Part shown: positions 20,553 to 35,635 of the stretch, one piece after another
How positions within the stretch are numbered: the stretch's first letter is position 1
Layout of the letters: each line of letters begins with the position of its first letter
NCBI GenBank assembly: GCA_963796275.1
Contig: CAWCKY010000004.1
Span: forward strand, 1,577,431 to 1,641,430
Direction: 5' to 3'
DNA: 64,000 nucleotides
DNA from: an uncultured Acidobacteriota bacterium
GTDB taxonomy: Bacteria; Acidobacteriota; Blastocatellia; RBC074
Notes under the pieces: generated by a model
The model's database searches: none
What the model was told of the DNA's origin: nothing
What the model saw: only the letters and a program-made list of their open reading frames with translations
Position numbers and translations under genes: made by a program

Positions 20553-23392
20553 CTACTCATCTCCCATTCTTGTCATCGCTAGGTTATACCACATAAGCAG
20601 CTTTGGATTTCTTCGAGCACGTTGTTGGGAATCTTATCAGCTATACCAACGATGGTAGCGTAGTCGCGCTCTTGCCAAGCTTTCTTGAAGCCGGCGCGGA
20701 CGGCTTCAAGGCGAAAGACTTTGAGCTTCTTCTTCGCTTGTCTATACTCCTCGAATTCTCTGAGCAGGGCTTTTTCGCGTAGTTTTTCTAGATCGCCTGC
20801 CTTGTTAGGTATCTGGAACGTACCATCTGTCACGGGCTTTTGCGATCAATGCCGAATTATCTTTCGGCAGGTTACGCATTTCCTTCCAGTTGGTAGATAG
20901 GTAGGAGTGAATCTGTTCCGGCACCGGGCCTTTACCGTCATATCGCAGAAAGTTTTGATCCAACAATTCAGATAGCTCTATGGCTCTCTCATTTTTTTGC
21001 CAGCCCCCCTGTGTTTCACGCATGAATTGTGGCTGAAGATCCTGAAATGTCTGTGGTTTTCTAATCACCTGTTGTTTTACCCACTGAATGGCGGACATTT
21101 CATCAGAAACGAAGAGGTCGAGTTGGAGCAGTTCCCTCGACGTCATCCGCTTACGCTCGTACTCAGCGACCTGATCTGTCAGGAAGTACATGCCATCGCG
21201 CTCGGGAAACCGCTGGGCCAGTCCTTGGTAAAAGTCGCCTGCAGAGAGGGGTACGCTGACTTCGCGCTGTACGTGAAAGGCGACCATGCGGTCGAACAAG
21301 AGTATCTGTTGCCTCTCCGCAATAATTTGCCCAAGCCCATCTTTGATAATGAAAACGGGAAGTTGCCGAAGGTGGGTTCGAATGAAATCCCAGACACCCT
21401 CTTCTGTTCCAGCGTGAAGTTGGAATCGCTTTTCGAGCCCGCCGTTAGGTTTGTAAGCGGAGATGACAAGGTCCTTATCGACTGCCTTGGCGTGCAACTG
21501 CTTCTTGGTCTTCATTCCTTTATCGAGAACGCTGACATCAGCGATGATGAATCCTGCGCGTCCCAACGCCTCCTGTATCGCGGTCCATACGGCGTTCTTG
21601 GAATTGTGAAACTCTATCGTGGCCCACCGGCCTGGCTTTAGGATGCGATAGACCTGTTTCAGGCAATCTGTCATCATCTTCGTATAAATGAACAAGTCTT
21701 TCCGTTGCTTTCCGCTTACCACGGTATCCTGACCTGAGTTTGTGAATACGTGGAGCCACGCCTCCCACAAAAAATTTAACTCGGCGTAGGGTAAGTTGTC
21801 GCCGAAGGGCGAGATCGTATGAACACATAATCAATGGAGTTATCCGGGATCAGTACAGAGGCGAGAGACTGGGTGGTTATGGCTACTGAGGAGCAACATT
21901 TTGGAAGAGCGTTGCCAAATCTCTTGATCTTTCCGGTTAAGACATACGTCGGGCTTGGTTCGCTAACTGTTGAGCCGATGTAGAGTGTGCCACTCAAGGC
22001 GCGGTTAACCTGGGAATAGGCGTTCTTCAGGAATCTATTACGACGGGTAAAGCTCACGACAACACTCTGCAACGTGAACCGCCAGAGCCGCTTCATTTCC
22101 TCTCTAGGCAGGTCATCAATCATTTGCCACAATAAAGAGAACGCGGCAAGTTGGCGCGAGAGGTGAAAATCGTGAGCGCGGCTGATCCCCTCGTGGTATC
22201 CTCTATAAAGATCTCCCCATTCTTCTCCCTCTGACACAAACATCATCAATTCTGTCGGAAACTCGATGGAGTCAAACAGTCGCTCGACTTTCTCAAGGCA
22301 GGCTAGATCGTCACGATCGGGTTTCTTGCTTTTCTTCAACCCTCGATGTCGGTATCGAATCTCCACTGGACGCAAGACTTGACGCGACCGAGTAGCCTTT
22401 ACCGCCTTGTCGTAATAAGTAGTTGTAAGTCTGACAAGATCACGCTTAGACACCTCTGCAGTACAATGAGGACAGGCTAGCTGATCGGCTAACGATCCCG
22501 ATTCTTCATCATAGGCCAAGTCCCAGAACTCCAGTTCACCGGCGCAATGGGGGCAGGAAAAGATATCTGACCAGATGGTGAAGTCAATCGGGCAAGTCTC
22601 CCCTGTCTTGGGATCTCGCGTCTCATACATCCACCAGTATTCTCGGTTGAATTTGTCCAGAAGGTTTTGCGCAAGTTGCGCGAACTCCTTCGAATCATTC
22701 GTTAAGTTATAACCCGCTGCTATCAATGTTGCAGCGGACGAGAGGTCGTTCAGAATGGAAATTCGCTCTCCCAATTTAGAGAACCTTTGCTTATGTTCAT
22801 CCAGAATGCTTCCATCTGCAGTTAGCGTATAACTAAGGGATGCAATTGTGTTTCGGTCCCCGCACATTTGCGCGGCCACGCCAGTCATCCCAGTTCCACA
22901 GAAGCCATCAAATATTATGTCACCCGGCTCGGTGTAATGAAGAATGTACCGCATGATAGCTTTATGCGGCACCTTAGTATGATAGGAATGCGCATTGTAG
23001 ATTGGGTCGTTCTTGCCCTCGCTCACATCAGCGGCAAACGGCTCTCGGTGATATTGGTGGTCTTCAGGCTTTTCCGGCTTTTGGGCTTCCCATTCAGCAA
23101 TGAAATCTGCAATCCAAGGATTCGGGCAGGCGGTGTAATACGGAGGATCGCTCAGATTCAGAATCTCTTCGCCGTTACCGATGGGAAATCCGTCGATGTT
23201 GCGGAATTCCGGATCTTTCAGCTTTTCCCGCAGTTTCTCGGTGAAGTACTTGCGTCGCTCCTCATCGTTGACAAAGGTCATGCCGAGGCAAGTTACAGCC
23301 TCGGACTGCCTCCACGCCTTTCCAGAGATCGTATCAAACAAGCTATTGTTACTCATATCCAAATTCTGGATTACATTTTGTCTCTCAGACAT
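20553..23392 (-). CDS. pglX: BREX-3 DNA methyltransferase PglXI (several frameshifts)
   Basis: HSYHTKVPHKAI, FDGFCGTGMTG, two CPHC motifs, garbled DPPF motif near 21810, C-terminal FRLEAVRAGFKKAW. Confidence 0.9.
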
Positions 23393-23394
23393 TC

Positions 23395-27123
<3,729 letters not shown>

Positions 27124-27127
<4 letters not shown>

Positions 27128-27657
27128 CGTGTCTGCTCCAGAGCCACTTCAGTTCCTGTTTTCGCGCCAACGTCTCCGGCCAGAGCTTCCGGAACGACTA
27201 TCAGAAAATCCTGTATCGGATATCGCTTATATTCAGGGTGGTCCGGCGTTGCATAGACCATATGTTCACGATCCACGGAGCCACTCCAGGATACAACTAC
27301 CGTTTTGTTTCGTGAGACTCCTTGTAAGAGCCTCAGCGGATCCTGCTTGAGCGAGGCATCGAACAGTACCTCAATGTTGTCGAGCAGGATCAGCTCGGCC
27401 GGGTCTGCATTCATGATTTCCAATAAGAGGTGGGGCAACTGCAGCGCCCGCTGGCGTTCGGTAAGTTCAAGCATATGCCTAGACAGTTCAAGGTTGACAT
27501 TGAAAACAGGGGCTCCCGTTCGCGCGTGAAGATATTGGAGTGCAGCGGTCTTTCCCGCACCCGCCGGGGCCACAAGTATGACGAGACGGTTGTAAAGTCC
27601 CGCTGCCTGGCCGATCTTAAGTATGATCCTGTCAGTAAGTGAATCAGGCATTTTCAT
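27124..27657 (-). CDS. brxF: BREX-3 P-loop protein BrxF
   Basis: [27 protein letters not shown] and YATPDHPEY; overlaps the brxC start. Confidence 0.9.
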
Positions 27658-28651
27658 TATCCTTCCAATCTCACGAGTTTAGACAGATAAAGGTAGGCCG
27701 CTCGGCCTACCACGAGGCAAACACCAGCGGTATACTCGTGGTGTGAAAATAGAAAATGCCTCGATGAAAAGTGTACATAAATTCCGAGATACTGTCGCTA
27801 CCAGTCTGGGAGCCGGCGCTGCGATGCTATTAATGCAACCGACGCTTTGGCCATATGGCCACGTCATCGATCCCCAATCGAACGGACGCTCAGCGAGATT
27901 TTTGCCTATGATTGGAGCAGGTTGAATCAGGTGCTACGCATGCCGACCGGCTTGACTTTCATCAAGTTGGCCTAACAACTCTCACACTCGTTCGCAGAAC
28001 AAGGATGATTTGACTGGGCATCTCTGCCAACAGCCGTATCTGCCGGCCCACTCCCGACATCACTTCTTCCACTTCTTTTTCTGCATATCGGATTGGGCTT
28101 TCTGATCTCAAGACGGCAGTTGCGAAGAATATCGGGAAGTCGGTCACGGCCACCAAAATTTCTCCATATCCACTTTAAAAGCTGCTACTTCGGATTCCTG
28201 ACACGTGATGATTTCGCCGGATTACCAGCACGATAGTTCATCCGTTTGTTCGTCCATATCTGTCATCATCGCATCGTAATCATACAGAATCAGAATACAA
28301 GTTGTCTCCTGGTCGCACCCGAGATTTAAGGTTCTTCAATTTGGGCCCTAATTATCTCAAATTGATCTGATTTGTGTCGAGGTTGAATTGGTACACCTTC
28401 AGGGCTTGAATACGCGCTCTCTACGACGCTCAGAGAGGTCGCGATTGACGAGTGCTGCCGCATCATTTGATGCCGCCTATCGATAGTGACAAGCGTCGCA
28501 TGATTGGCTTAGATGTCAGCCACGTGTTCCCACATCCTGATGTTGGATTCCTAGAATTCGAACTGGCTTTGTGAGCAATGCGAACGGGGTTGAGCTTAGT
28601 GCCCCTTATGACGCTGACGGAGCAAATGACGACAGGTTGGCGATTGATTCC

Positions 28652-30000
28652 TCACTTGGTAACGTGTCGCCGCGCCCATTCCAACCAATCGTAGAGAGTT
28701 GTGCGGTTTATTCCCAGCCGCTGAGCCGCTGCCGAATGACTTCCTAATCGGAACCGCTCCCGTTCATAAATCGCCATCACTCCCCGGCAAATGTATTCTC
28801 GCATCGTTTCGCCCTCGCGCAGCGTCCGGGAAACACTCGGTGTTACCTGGCGCGAGCACAGACTGTCGTTCGAGCTCCATCTCGCGCCGCACGTGGTCTG
28901 TCGTGATTATCCGGCCGCTGCCAGCCTTGGCCGCCAGGCGCTCAATAGTTGAAATCAACTGCCGCACATTCCCCTTCCAACTATAGCGACAGAGTAGCCC
29001 CATGGCTTCTTCCTCGAATTCAACAGCGGGGAAATAGTGCCGGATAAGAATCGGGATGTCTGTGGGACGTTCTCTGAGAGCCGGCGTCCGGATAGGGTAT
29101 CCGCACAGGCGATCATACAGGTCGCGGCGAAAGCGTCCCTTCATCGACTTCACGAAGGAGATCATGATTGGTCGCGGCAATCAGGCGTATATCTATCTTG
29201 ATCGCCTGCTGTCCCTCCGACTCGCTCGAGTTCACGTTCCTGCAAGACGCGCAAAAGCATCGCCTGGCTCGGCTGGGGCAGATCACCGATCTCATCGAGA
29301 AACAATGTTCCGCCGTTTGCCCTCTCGAATCGGCCTAGTTTGCGAGCGATGGCTCCGGTGAACGCCCCTTTCTCATGTCCGAACAATTCACTCTCGATCA
29401 AATTGGGATTGATTGCCGCACAGTTGACGTCGATGAAAGGCTTTCCCTGCCCGGTTGCTGGCCTTGTGTATGCCGCGCGCGACGAGTTCTTTGCCGGTAC
29501 CCGGCTCGCCGGTGATGAGGACGCTCAGATCGAGGCCTCGCGGCGATCGCGATATTTTTCCTGACTTCTCGCATCAGTTCGGATTCGCCGACGAGTTCAT
29601 CCATTACCACCGAGTGGCCTTCACTTCCCCGCCCTCCAAAATGTGTACGTCGTCCCTCCTCCTGCCAGTACCTCGATGCGATGCGCGGCCAGATGAGCGG
29701 CATACTCAAGCTCGCTTACAATCGAACCGTCCATTGGTTCAAGATATTTCACGACAAGACGGGTTTGCCCGCCCTCGACGTCGACCGCCAGTTCATTGAT
29801 CCTCCCGGACACGACCCCGGCGTTTGGAAGTTCGAATTCGCGCTCCAGCCTCCCGCGCGTGAACCTGACGCTGCACAGACGGATTCCTTTCTCCGCCGCT
29901 ATCCTTGCGAAGCCATCCAGCACATCTTCGATACTCGCGCTCTGCGCCAGCCTGAGTAAAAGGCTCGCGCCGGCCAGGAGCGCTCTTTTCTATTCGAGAG
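28652..30000 (-). CDS. Sigma54-dependent enhancer-binding protein with atypical N-terminal domain (multiple frameshifts; start approximate)
   Basis: [39 protein letters not shown] and [16 protein letters not shown] across frames. Confidence 0.8.
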
Positions 30001-30217
30001 ATGACGGGGCACCATCGGCCTCCTCTCTTCCTCCAATGAGCAGGCCAGTAACGTCGGGGGATACTATTTGATCGGGAAACCTCGGTGCATGGGTGTGTGT
30101 TGATGCACTCGATGAGTTACAAATCTTTTGAAGCTAGACTTCTAAGGGGCAGGGTGATCCTACACAAAGATCGACGGTTTGTCGGTTTGAAATTGACTCT
30201 GTGAATGGCTGACTCAG

Positions 30218-30943
30218 TCAGAAGCATACCCAACTCCAGGTGGGAGAAAATATCCGATAGCCCTGCTGATCGCCAGGTAGCATTCGCACACGGCGCTCTT
30301 CGAGCCCTGCTCGATTCAGGATACTGATGCGACCGCGCAAATAGTGAATCAGCCCTCTCTTCTGTAATGTTCCCGCAGCCAGGCTAACACTACTGCGGGA
30401 AACTCCGAGCATCTGTCCCATGTTGTCGTGCGTGAGAATCATCGAATCGGAAGAGACGCGGTCCTGCGCGATCAGCAGCCAGCGCGCCAGGCGCTGCTCT
30501 ATAGTATGAAACCAATTGCAGGTAACCGTCAGCGCAATCTGTTCGCTCAATGTATGCGTATACTCAAACAGCAATTCATAAAAAACTCTTTCCTGTCCGA
30601 GCATATTCTGCAATTCCTTCGTGCCGATCTGCAGCGCCTCTCCTGAAATCTGCACGTGCGCACAGAATGACATTCCATTTCTTTTCGTGATCCCCGATAG
30701 GCCGACCACGCCTTCTCGGCCAACTGCCGCGGCCTCGATAAACTCGCCAGCCTCGGTGGTAGTGAGCAATGAGACGATTCCACTGGTGATAAACCATGCG
30801 TGATCAGATGTGGAGCCAATATCGTAGAGCGTACTGCCTGCTTCCAGGCGAACACAATTGAGGCTTGGTATCAAGCGATCATATACGGCAGGTGTAAGGG
30901 CAGCTAACACCCCGTTCTCGTTGGGGATCGGTCTAACTAACAT
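30218..30943 (-). CDS. Crp/Fnr-family transcriptional regulator
   Basis: NGVLAAL, VGREGVVG, HTIEQRLARWLL and LTHDNMGQMLGVSRSSVS. Confidence 0.9.
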   Translation of the reverse strand: MLVRPIPNENGVLAALTPAVYDRLIPSLNCVRLEAGSTLYDIGSTSDHAWFITSGIVSLLTTTEAGEFIEAAAVGREGVVGLSGITKRNGMSFCAHVQISGEALQIGTKELQNMLGQERVFYELLFEYTHTLSEQIALTVTCNWFHTIEQRLARWLLIAQDRVSSDSMILTHDNMGQMLGVSRSSVSLAAGTLQKRGLIHYLRGRISILNRAGLEERRVRMLPGDQQGYRIFSPTWSWVCF

Positions 30944-31143
30944 ACTGCTGCCTTACCCTACGTGAATTACAGTCTCGCCGGATTAGTGCCGCCAGATGAT
31001 TCTTTGTTTAATTTGTTCTGGATTACTGATCTATGAAGGAACACCGAAGATGTCGCGACCGAAACTCTCACTACCGTTAGCCCAAAGTAAAATCGAATGA
31101 GTTGATATCCAACATCACAGATATCGAAGACCGTATCTATCCC

Positions 31144-31717
31144 TTACACCGAACACCTATTCAGTCTGGTTTCTGCTCTATGTTTCGAACACTCCAACCG
31201 TCCTCCAGGAGCGGGACAGTCGCACACGCCGGACCGCCGTCCTTGGCAGTTCCTGCGATGCGCGCCTCCAATAAAACGCCTGATTTTGACAGCGCCTCTT
31301 CGATCAGCTCCCAAGTGATGCCCGAAAGCGGTACCTTGGCATGCCTCGACCAACAGGAATCCGAATGCCCCGCATAGGTTCCAGAGTTGATATATATATG
31401 AATCTGCCGCCTGTAGGGCCTTGCACAAAAGGGCCGCGAAAATTCGGTGGTCCATCAATCTGGTTGTTGGCAATGTTCACAGTGAAATCAAAAGAGACGT
31501 TTTCTCCTGAATCGGAAGTAGGAACAAGATCGTATTTGCCTTGCTGCAAAAAAAGCGGCACGCCAGGTGGAGGCTTAATCAGCGTAATGCGTAGCGGAAG
31601 CGAACGAATCATCTTTGACATATTCGTAGTAGAAATAGTAATGGCGGGCGCTTTCGCTCCCGCCGATTCAGCAGCGTCCTCAGCCATTAGGTATACCGCT
31701 ACGCTGTGCTTTACCAA
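31144..31717 (-). CDS. DUF5990-family protein (frameshifted)
   Basis: LRITLIKPPPGV, FRGPFVQGPTGGRFIYI and downstream DGGPACATVP. Confidence 0.7.
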
Positions 31718-31761
31718 ATACCACCATACGAACGAGACGCCCGAGGATTCTACCGGTTTAA

Positions 31762-32199
31762 TTAAATAAACAACTCCGGTGACACTTTGAAGAATTCCCC
31801 CAGAGCCTTCGCCTGAGCCTTGCTGATCGCGCGCTTGCCATTGACCACTTCCGAAACACGACCACGTGACCCGAAAATCGACACCAGGTCCGTTTGGCGC
31901 AGATGATTCTGCTCCATCAAAAACTGGAGCGTCCGATACGGAGGACTATCAGGGACAGGGAAAGTCCGGTCTTCGTAATCTTCAATCAGCCGGCTCAGCA
32001 GCGCCAGAAGTCTTCTTTCCTCGACTGAGAGATTGTCGTACCCGCTCTTCAGCAGTCGCCCGATCTCGGCGTCTGCTCGCTCGAACTCCTCCTTAGTCTC
32101 GATCACAAGTGGCGCGACCTTCGACACCAGTCGCGAATACCTGCGAAGGTCGAATTTTTCTCTAGCAGTTGCAGTCACCTTTCCAATTGCCTTTGTCAT
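31762..32199 (-). CDS. higA: HigA antitoxin (HTH)
   Basis: LIEDYE...LMEQNHLRQTDL..GSRGRVSEVVNGKRAIS. Confidence 0.9.
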   Translation of the reverse strand: MTKAIGKVTATAREKFDLRRYSRLVSKVAPLVIETKEEFERADAEIGRLLKSGYDNLSVEERRLLALLSRLIEDYEDRTFPVPDSPPYRTLQFLMEQNHLRQTDLVSIFGSRGRVSEVVNGKRAISKAQAKALGEFFKVSPELFI

Positions 32200-32461
32200 A
32201 CTCAGAGTGCGTCAGCACGTAGCGCACGTAGACGTGCCGAACTGGGTAAAGAATAATTGTAATCAATCGGTAGTCGTTCCCTTTAATGTCGAAGACCACG
32301 CAGTCACAGTACACATCCGCGTGGCGAAAAGAGGCGCGCACGTCAGTGAAACTCTTCCAGTCGGCGCGGCTCGTCACCTTGTACCATTCCATCAAAGGCG
32401 CTTCAGCGTCCGGATGCTTTTTCCAGAACTCTCGAAGTCGGCTCTTGCTGATGATCCGCAC
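32162..32461 (-). CDS. higB: HigB toxin
   Basis: (V)RIISKSRLREFW..HPDA, VVFDIKGNDYRLI and LTHSEYD; RBS AGGAG before the GTG. Confidence 0.9.
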   Translation of the reverse strand: MRIISKSRLREFWKKHPDAEAPLMEWYKVTSRADWKSFTDVRASFRHADVYCDCVVFDIKGNDYRLITIILYPVRHVYVRYVLTHSEYDKGNWKGDCNC

Positions 32462-32480
32462 GGGGCGTGCTCCTGTCATA

Positions 32481-32510
32481 AATGATCCCATTTTGGGATC
32501 GCCGTGTCAA
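32481..32510 (-). promoter_or_regulatory. higBA promoter/operator
   Basis: TTGACA followed by the palindrome GATCCCAAAATGGGATC (32484-32500). Confidence 0.65.
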
Positions 32511-32566
32511 TAACTATAGGTATTCTTTTTCAGGGATTAAGCGTCAGGATCTTCTTATCGCAGATT

Positions 32567-33742
32567 TCAGTTGATCAGTTGAGCCCCCGGTAGGTATGGC
32601 TTATCTTTCGCTATCATGCTTGCGATTTCCTCATTCCATTCATCAATTGCATTCGCAGCCGTTTCCAGGGAATCCTTAGTCAGACCAAGATACGTGAATG
32701 TCGTCTCAATATCGGTGTGACCGAGTCGGCGTGCGATTTCGTGAATCGGAACACCTTTCTTTGCCAGTCGCGTTCCAAACGTCCGCCTAAAATCATGGAA
32801 GCGCAAATCCTCAATTCCGGCCAACTCGCAAACAGAGTTGAAACTTTTACTTACATTGTTGGTAATGCCGAAGACTAATGAATCTGGGTTTTTGTCCGAC
32901 TGATCCCATAATTTTCGAAGCTCTTCCCTTAAACGTTTTGACAGCGCCGCCTCACGTTCACGGAGAGTTTTGGTGTTGAATTCTCGGACCGTTGCCTTCC
33001 GCTTTTCAGCAATATTGAATTTTTCGCCATCCCAGTCGAGATCAGACCATTTTAGTTTGAAAATCTCGCCTCTACGCATTCCTGTGTCGATTGCGCAAAT
33101 GATGATAGGTCTCAAGTGTTCTCTCGGCCCATCACAAGCGGCGAGTAGTCTTATCTCTTCTTCCGATTCCAGGACACGTTTCCTTTTTACCTCGTCAGCG
33201 GGATTGATCAAAGGCTTAGGCCCCTTGAATGGATTCAAATACAACCATCGCTCACCGATAGCGATATTCAATGCATGTCTAAGCAGGCTTAGCTCGCGAT
33301 CAACTCTTGCTACAGTGCGTTGTTCGCCGCGTATGGTGGGTGTCTTAAGGCGCAGGCTCCTGAATCTTTCAATCTTGCCCCATGTAATTCCTCGCAGTTC
33401 CATTCGCCCGAACGATTCTCGAAGGATTTTCAGAATACCCAGATCGTCTTTGTAAGAACGTTTCCCCGCGACTTTTCTGCCATTCACATATTCCGGAGGA
33501 ATCAAGTAGTGCTTCTCAAGATGATCGGCGAGGTCATTGAAGGTGGTACCGATGGCATTGAGCGATTCTGGACCATGATCTTCAAGCTCACGGATGAAGT
33601 TGGAGATGACCGTTCGCCCCTCAGTTTTAGTTCTTACTCGCTTTTCTTTGCTGCGCCGTTTGCCTGCGGAATCGGTATAATCGATTCGTGCAAACAATTT
33701 TCCGTCGCGTAGGTGGATTGTGCCTGTTCTAGATCGCGCCAT
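32567..33742 (-). CDS. Tyrosine recombinase/integrase, intact
   Basis: TGMRRGE, TKT, FHDFRRT and LGH..IETTFTY; adjacent to the tRNA fragment. Confidence 0.95.
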   Translation of the reverse strand: MARSRTGTIHLRDGKLFARIDYTDSAGKRRSKEKRVRTKTEGRTVISNFIRELEDHGPESLNAIGTTFNDLADHLEKHYLIPPEYVNGRKVAGKRSYKDDLGILKILRESFGRMELRGITWGKIERFRSLRLKTPTIRGEQRTVARVDRELSLLRHALNIAIGERWLYLNPFKGPKPLINPADEVKRKRVLESEEEIRLLAACDGPREHLRPIIICAIDTGMRRGEIFKLKWSDLDWDGEKFNIAEKRKATVREFNTKTLREREAALSKRLREELRKLWDQSDKNPDSLVFGITNNVSKSFNSVCELAGIEDLRFHDFRRTFGTRLAKKGVPIHEIARRLGHTDIETTFTYLGLTKDSLETAANAIDEWNEEIASMIAKDKPYLPGAQLIN

Positions 33743-33777
33743 ATCAATTTCTTTCTATTGCAAACTCCATTCCATGC

Positions 33778-33853
33778 GACACACGGATTATTGCCCTTAT
33801 CATGACACACGGATTATTTTCCCGGACAAAATACTCACGTAATCACTCACGTA
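33778..33853. repeat. Paired direct repeats, candidate integrase arm sites
   Basis: GACACACGGATTATT at 33778 and 33804; ACTCACGTA at 33833 and 33845. Confidence 0.6.
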
Positions 33854-33953
33854 TTCAACTGCAACGTCGGATGACATGGTGCAACGATATGAACGAAAAG
33901 GCCAATAAAATTGAGGTATTTCAAGAGGCTGAAACTCTGGGGAACATCATTCG

Positions 33954-34002
33954 ACGGACTGAAAATCCGTGTGTCGGCGGTTCGATTCCGTCCCTGGCCA
34001 CC
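33954..34002 (+). other. 3' half of tRNA-Phe(GAA), att site (not an intact tRNA)
   Basis: ACGGACTGAAAATCCGT anticodon arm, GGCGGTTCGATTCCGTC T-arm and CCTGGCCACC; no D-arm or 5' acceptor strand upstream. Confidence 0.9.
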
Positions 34003-34100
34003 TTTCATTACAATCACTTACAAAATCCATTCTCTCAGTCATGTCCGAATGTTCCTTAAACTGTTCCTCAAACCTTCGAAAGAAATCTGAGGCAGACACG

Positions 34101-34403
34101 TCATTCAGAAGTCCCAGGCCGGTGTCCAAAAAATTTCTGCTCATCTGCTTCCAGCTCTCTGCACTTCTCTGCTTGAAACTCCGTTGTTCCAGGGCGTCCG
34201 CGGAACATCCCGCGCACCCGGCGGATGACTGCGGTCTTTGTTTCAGTTGACGGTAAGACGGATTGAGCCTGCTGTATCAGAAGAGATGCGAGCAATAACT
34301 GTTCTCCCTGCGGTAGCGCCCGTGCTTCTCGTAATAGTGTTTCAACGGTCATTTTGCTGCTCCTCTCTTCTGGGTCTTCGCGCAGCTTCATCCCAAACAC
34401 CAC
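34101..34403 (-). CDS. Small hypothetical protein (antitoxin-like)
   Basis: MTVETLLREARALPQGEQLLLASLL..VRGMFRG pattern. Confidence 0.45.
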   Translation of the reverse strand: MVFGMKLREDPEERSSKMTVETLLREARALPQGEQLLLASLLIQQAQSVLPSTETKTAVIRRVRGMFRGRPGTTEFQAEKCRELEADEQKFFGHRPGTSE

Positions 34404-34495
34404 CTATATCCTACATCGAATGGCCCGCAGCCGTGAAGTATCTCGATTGACTCGCACCTGAAGAAGAACAGAGTAAAATGAGGTTAGCCCCAACG

Positions 34496-34591
34496 AGACG
34501 TATTCATTCGTAATCGTTCCTGAATCCACGAACCATTGCTGTAAGAACTGCATTGGGACTATCATTTAGGAATAGGAGTATGAGCGATGCA
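34496..34591 (+). repeat. ~96-bp direct repeat, copy 1
   Basis: AGACGTATTCATTCGTAAT...GCATTGGGACTATCATTTAGGAATAGGAGTATGAGCGATGCA; matches 38599-38695. Confidence 0.85.
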
Positions 34592-34662
34592 GGAAACGGC
34601 ATTGATACTGATGACTGGTCGAGGAATCGATCGGGCATTTACACTAAGCGAGGTATCGGTTT

Positions 34663-35037
34663 ATGACCACGATCACTATCGAAGTCCCTGACGAACTAGC
34701 GGCACAACTTGACCCAAATACTTTATCGGCTCTGTTGCGCGAAATGGTTGCCAGTAAAACAGCCGGGCCGGATTCCGATAATGAAAACTCTCGACAATCA
34801 TCGCCAATTTATCGGGAGATCACCGAATTTCTCTCCGACAGCCCCGCAACCGAGCAGATCATTGCATTCAAGATTTCGCCGCCAGCGCAAGAACGCCTGG
34901 AAGAGCTGCTGTACAAAAACCGCGAAGAAGTCCTCAATCCTGAAGAACGAGCTGAACTCGATACCTACGTGCAACTCAGCGAATGGATATCGATCCTCAA
35001 GACGCGCGCCCGAAGCGGAAAGCCATTGCTGGGATAA
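34663..35037 (+). CDS. Hypothetical protein, antitoxin-like partner of the HNH gene
   Basis: MTTITIEVPDELA N-terminus and QERLEELLYKNRE..L.PEERAELD. Confidence 0.7.
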   Translation: MTTITIEVPDELAAQLDPNTLSALLREMVASKTAGPDSDNENSRQSSPIYREITEFLSDSPATEQIIAFKISPPAQERLEELLYKNREEVLNPEERAELDTYVQLSEWISILKTRARSGKPLLG

Positions 35038-35040
35038 TCT

Positions 35041-35472
35041 ATGAATCGTCCACATATTCCGAATGCACTCCGGCAGGTAGTGGTTGAGAGAGCGAACGGT
35101 AGATGTGAATATTGTTTGATCCATGAGGACGACCGACCGGAAGCACATCAGGTGGATCATGTCATCGCACTCAAACACGGCGGTCAGACAATCATTCAAA
35201 ACCTGGCGCTGGCTTGCGCAGTTTGCAACAACAACAAAGGGTCCGACCTCGCGACCATTGATCAAACGACCGAAGAACTCATCCCTCTTTTCAACCCGCG
35301 AAAGCAAAAATGGAGTGATCACTTCGCCTTCTCAGGTGCGCAGATTGTAGGGATCACAGTAATCGGAAGAGCTACGATCCGTTTGCTGCGAATGAATGGT
35401 CCCGACAGAGTTTTGCTTAGACGTATCTTGAGAGAAGTCGGGCTATACCCGCCCCCAGAGTTCATTCGGTGA
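35041..35472 (+). CDS. HNH endonuclease
   Basis: RCEYC, VDHVIALKHGG, NLALACAVCNNNKG and LFNPR. Confidence 0.9.
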   Translation: MNRPHIPNALRQVVVERANGRCEYCLIHEDDRPEAHQVDHVIALKHGGQTIIQNLALACAVCNNNKGSDLATIDQTTEELIPLFNPRKQKWSDHFAFSGAQIVGITVIGRATIRLLRMNGPDRVLLRRILREVGLYPPPEFIR

Positions 35473-35635
35473 CAGGTCTTCCGGGAAGATCGTTTCTAGG
35501 CGGTAGCGGTTCATCTCGAATAGGTTCAACGAAGCTGCAGAAGAGTTGTACAGGTTGCTACAAGACATAGAATAGCAGGACGTCCTTCATCAATCTAAGG
35601 CACTAGATCTCGATTGTACGCCGAATCACTATGGG

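Noticed and set aside
28578-28600. attC-like fragments (also near 3100-3150 and 27970)
   Set aside because: Only partial end motifs, no complete paired site, and neither integrase looks like IntI.
33954-34002. Intact tRNA-Phe gene
   Set aside because: The 5' acceptor strand and D-arm are absent; treated as an att duplication.
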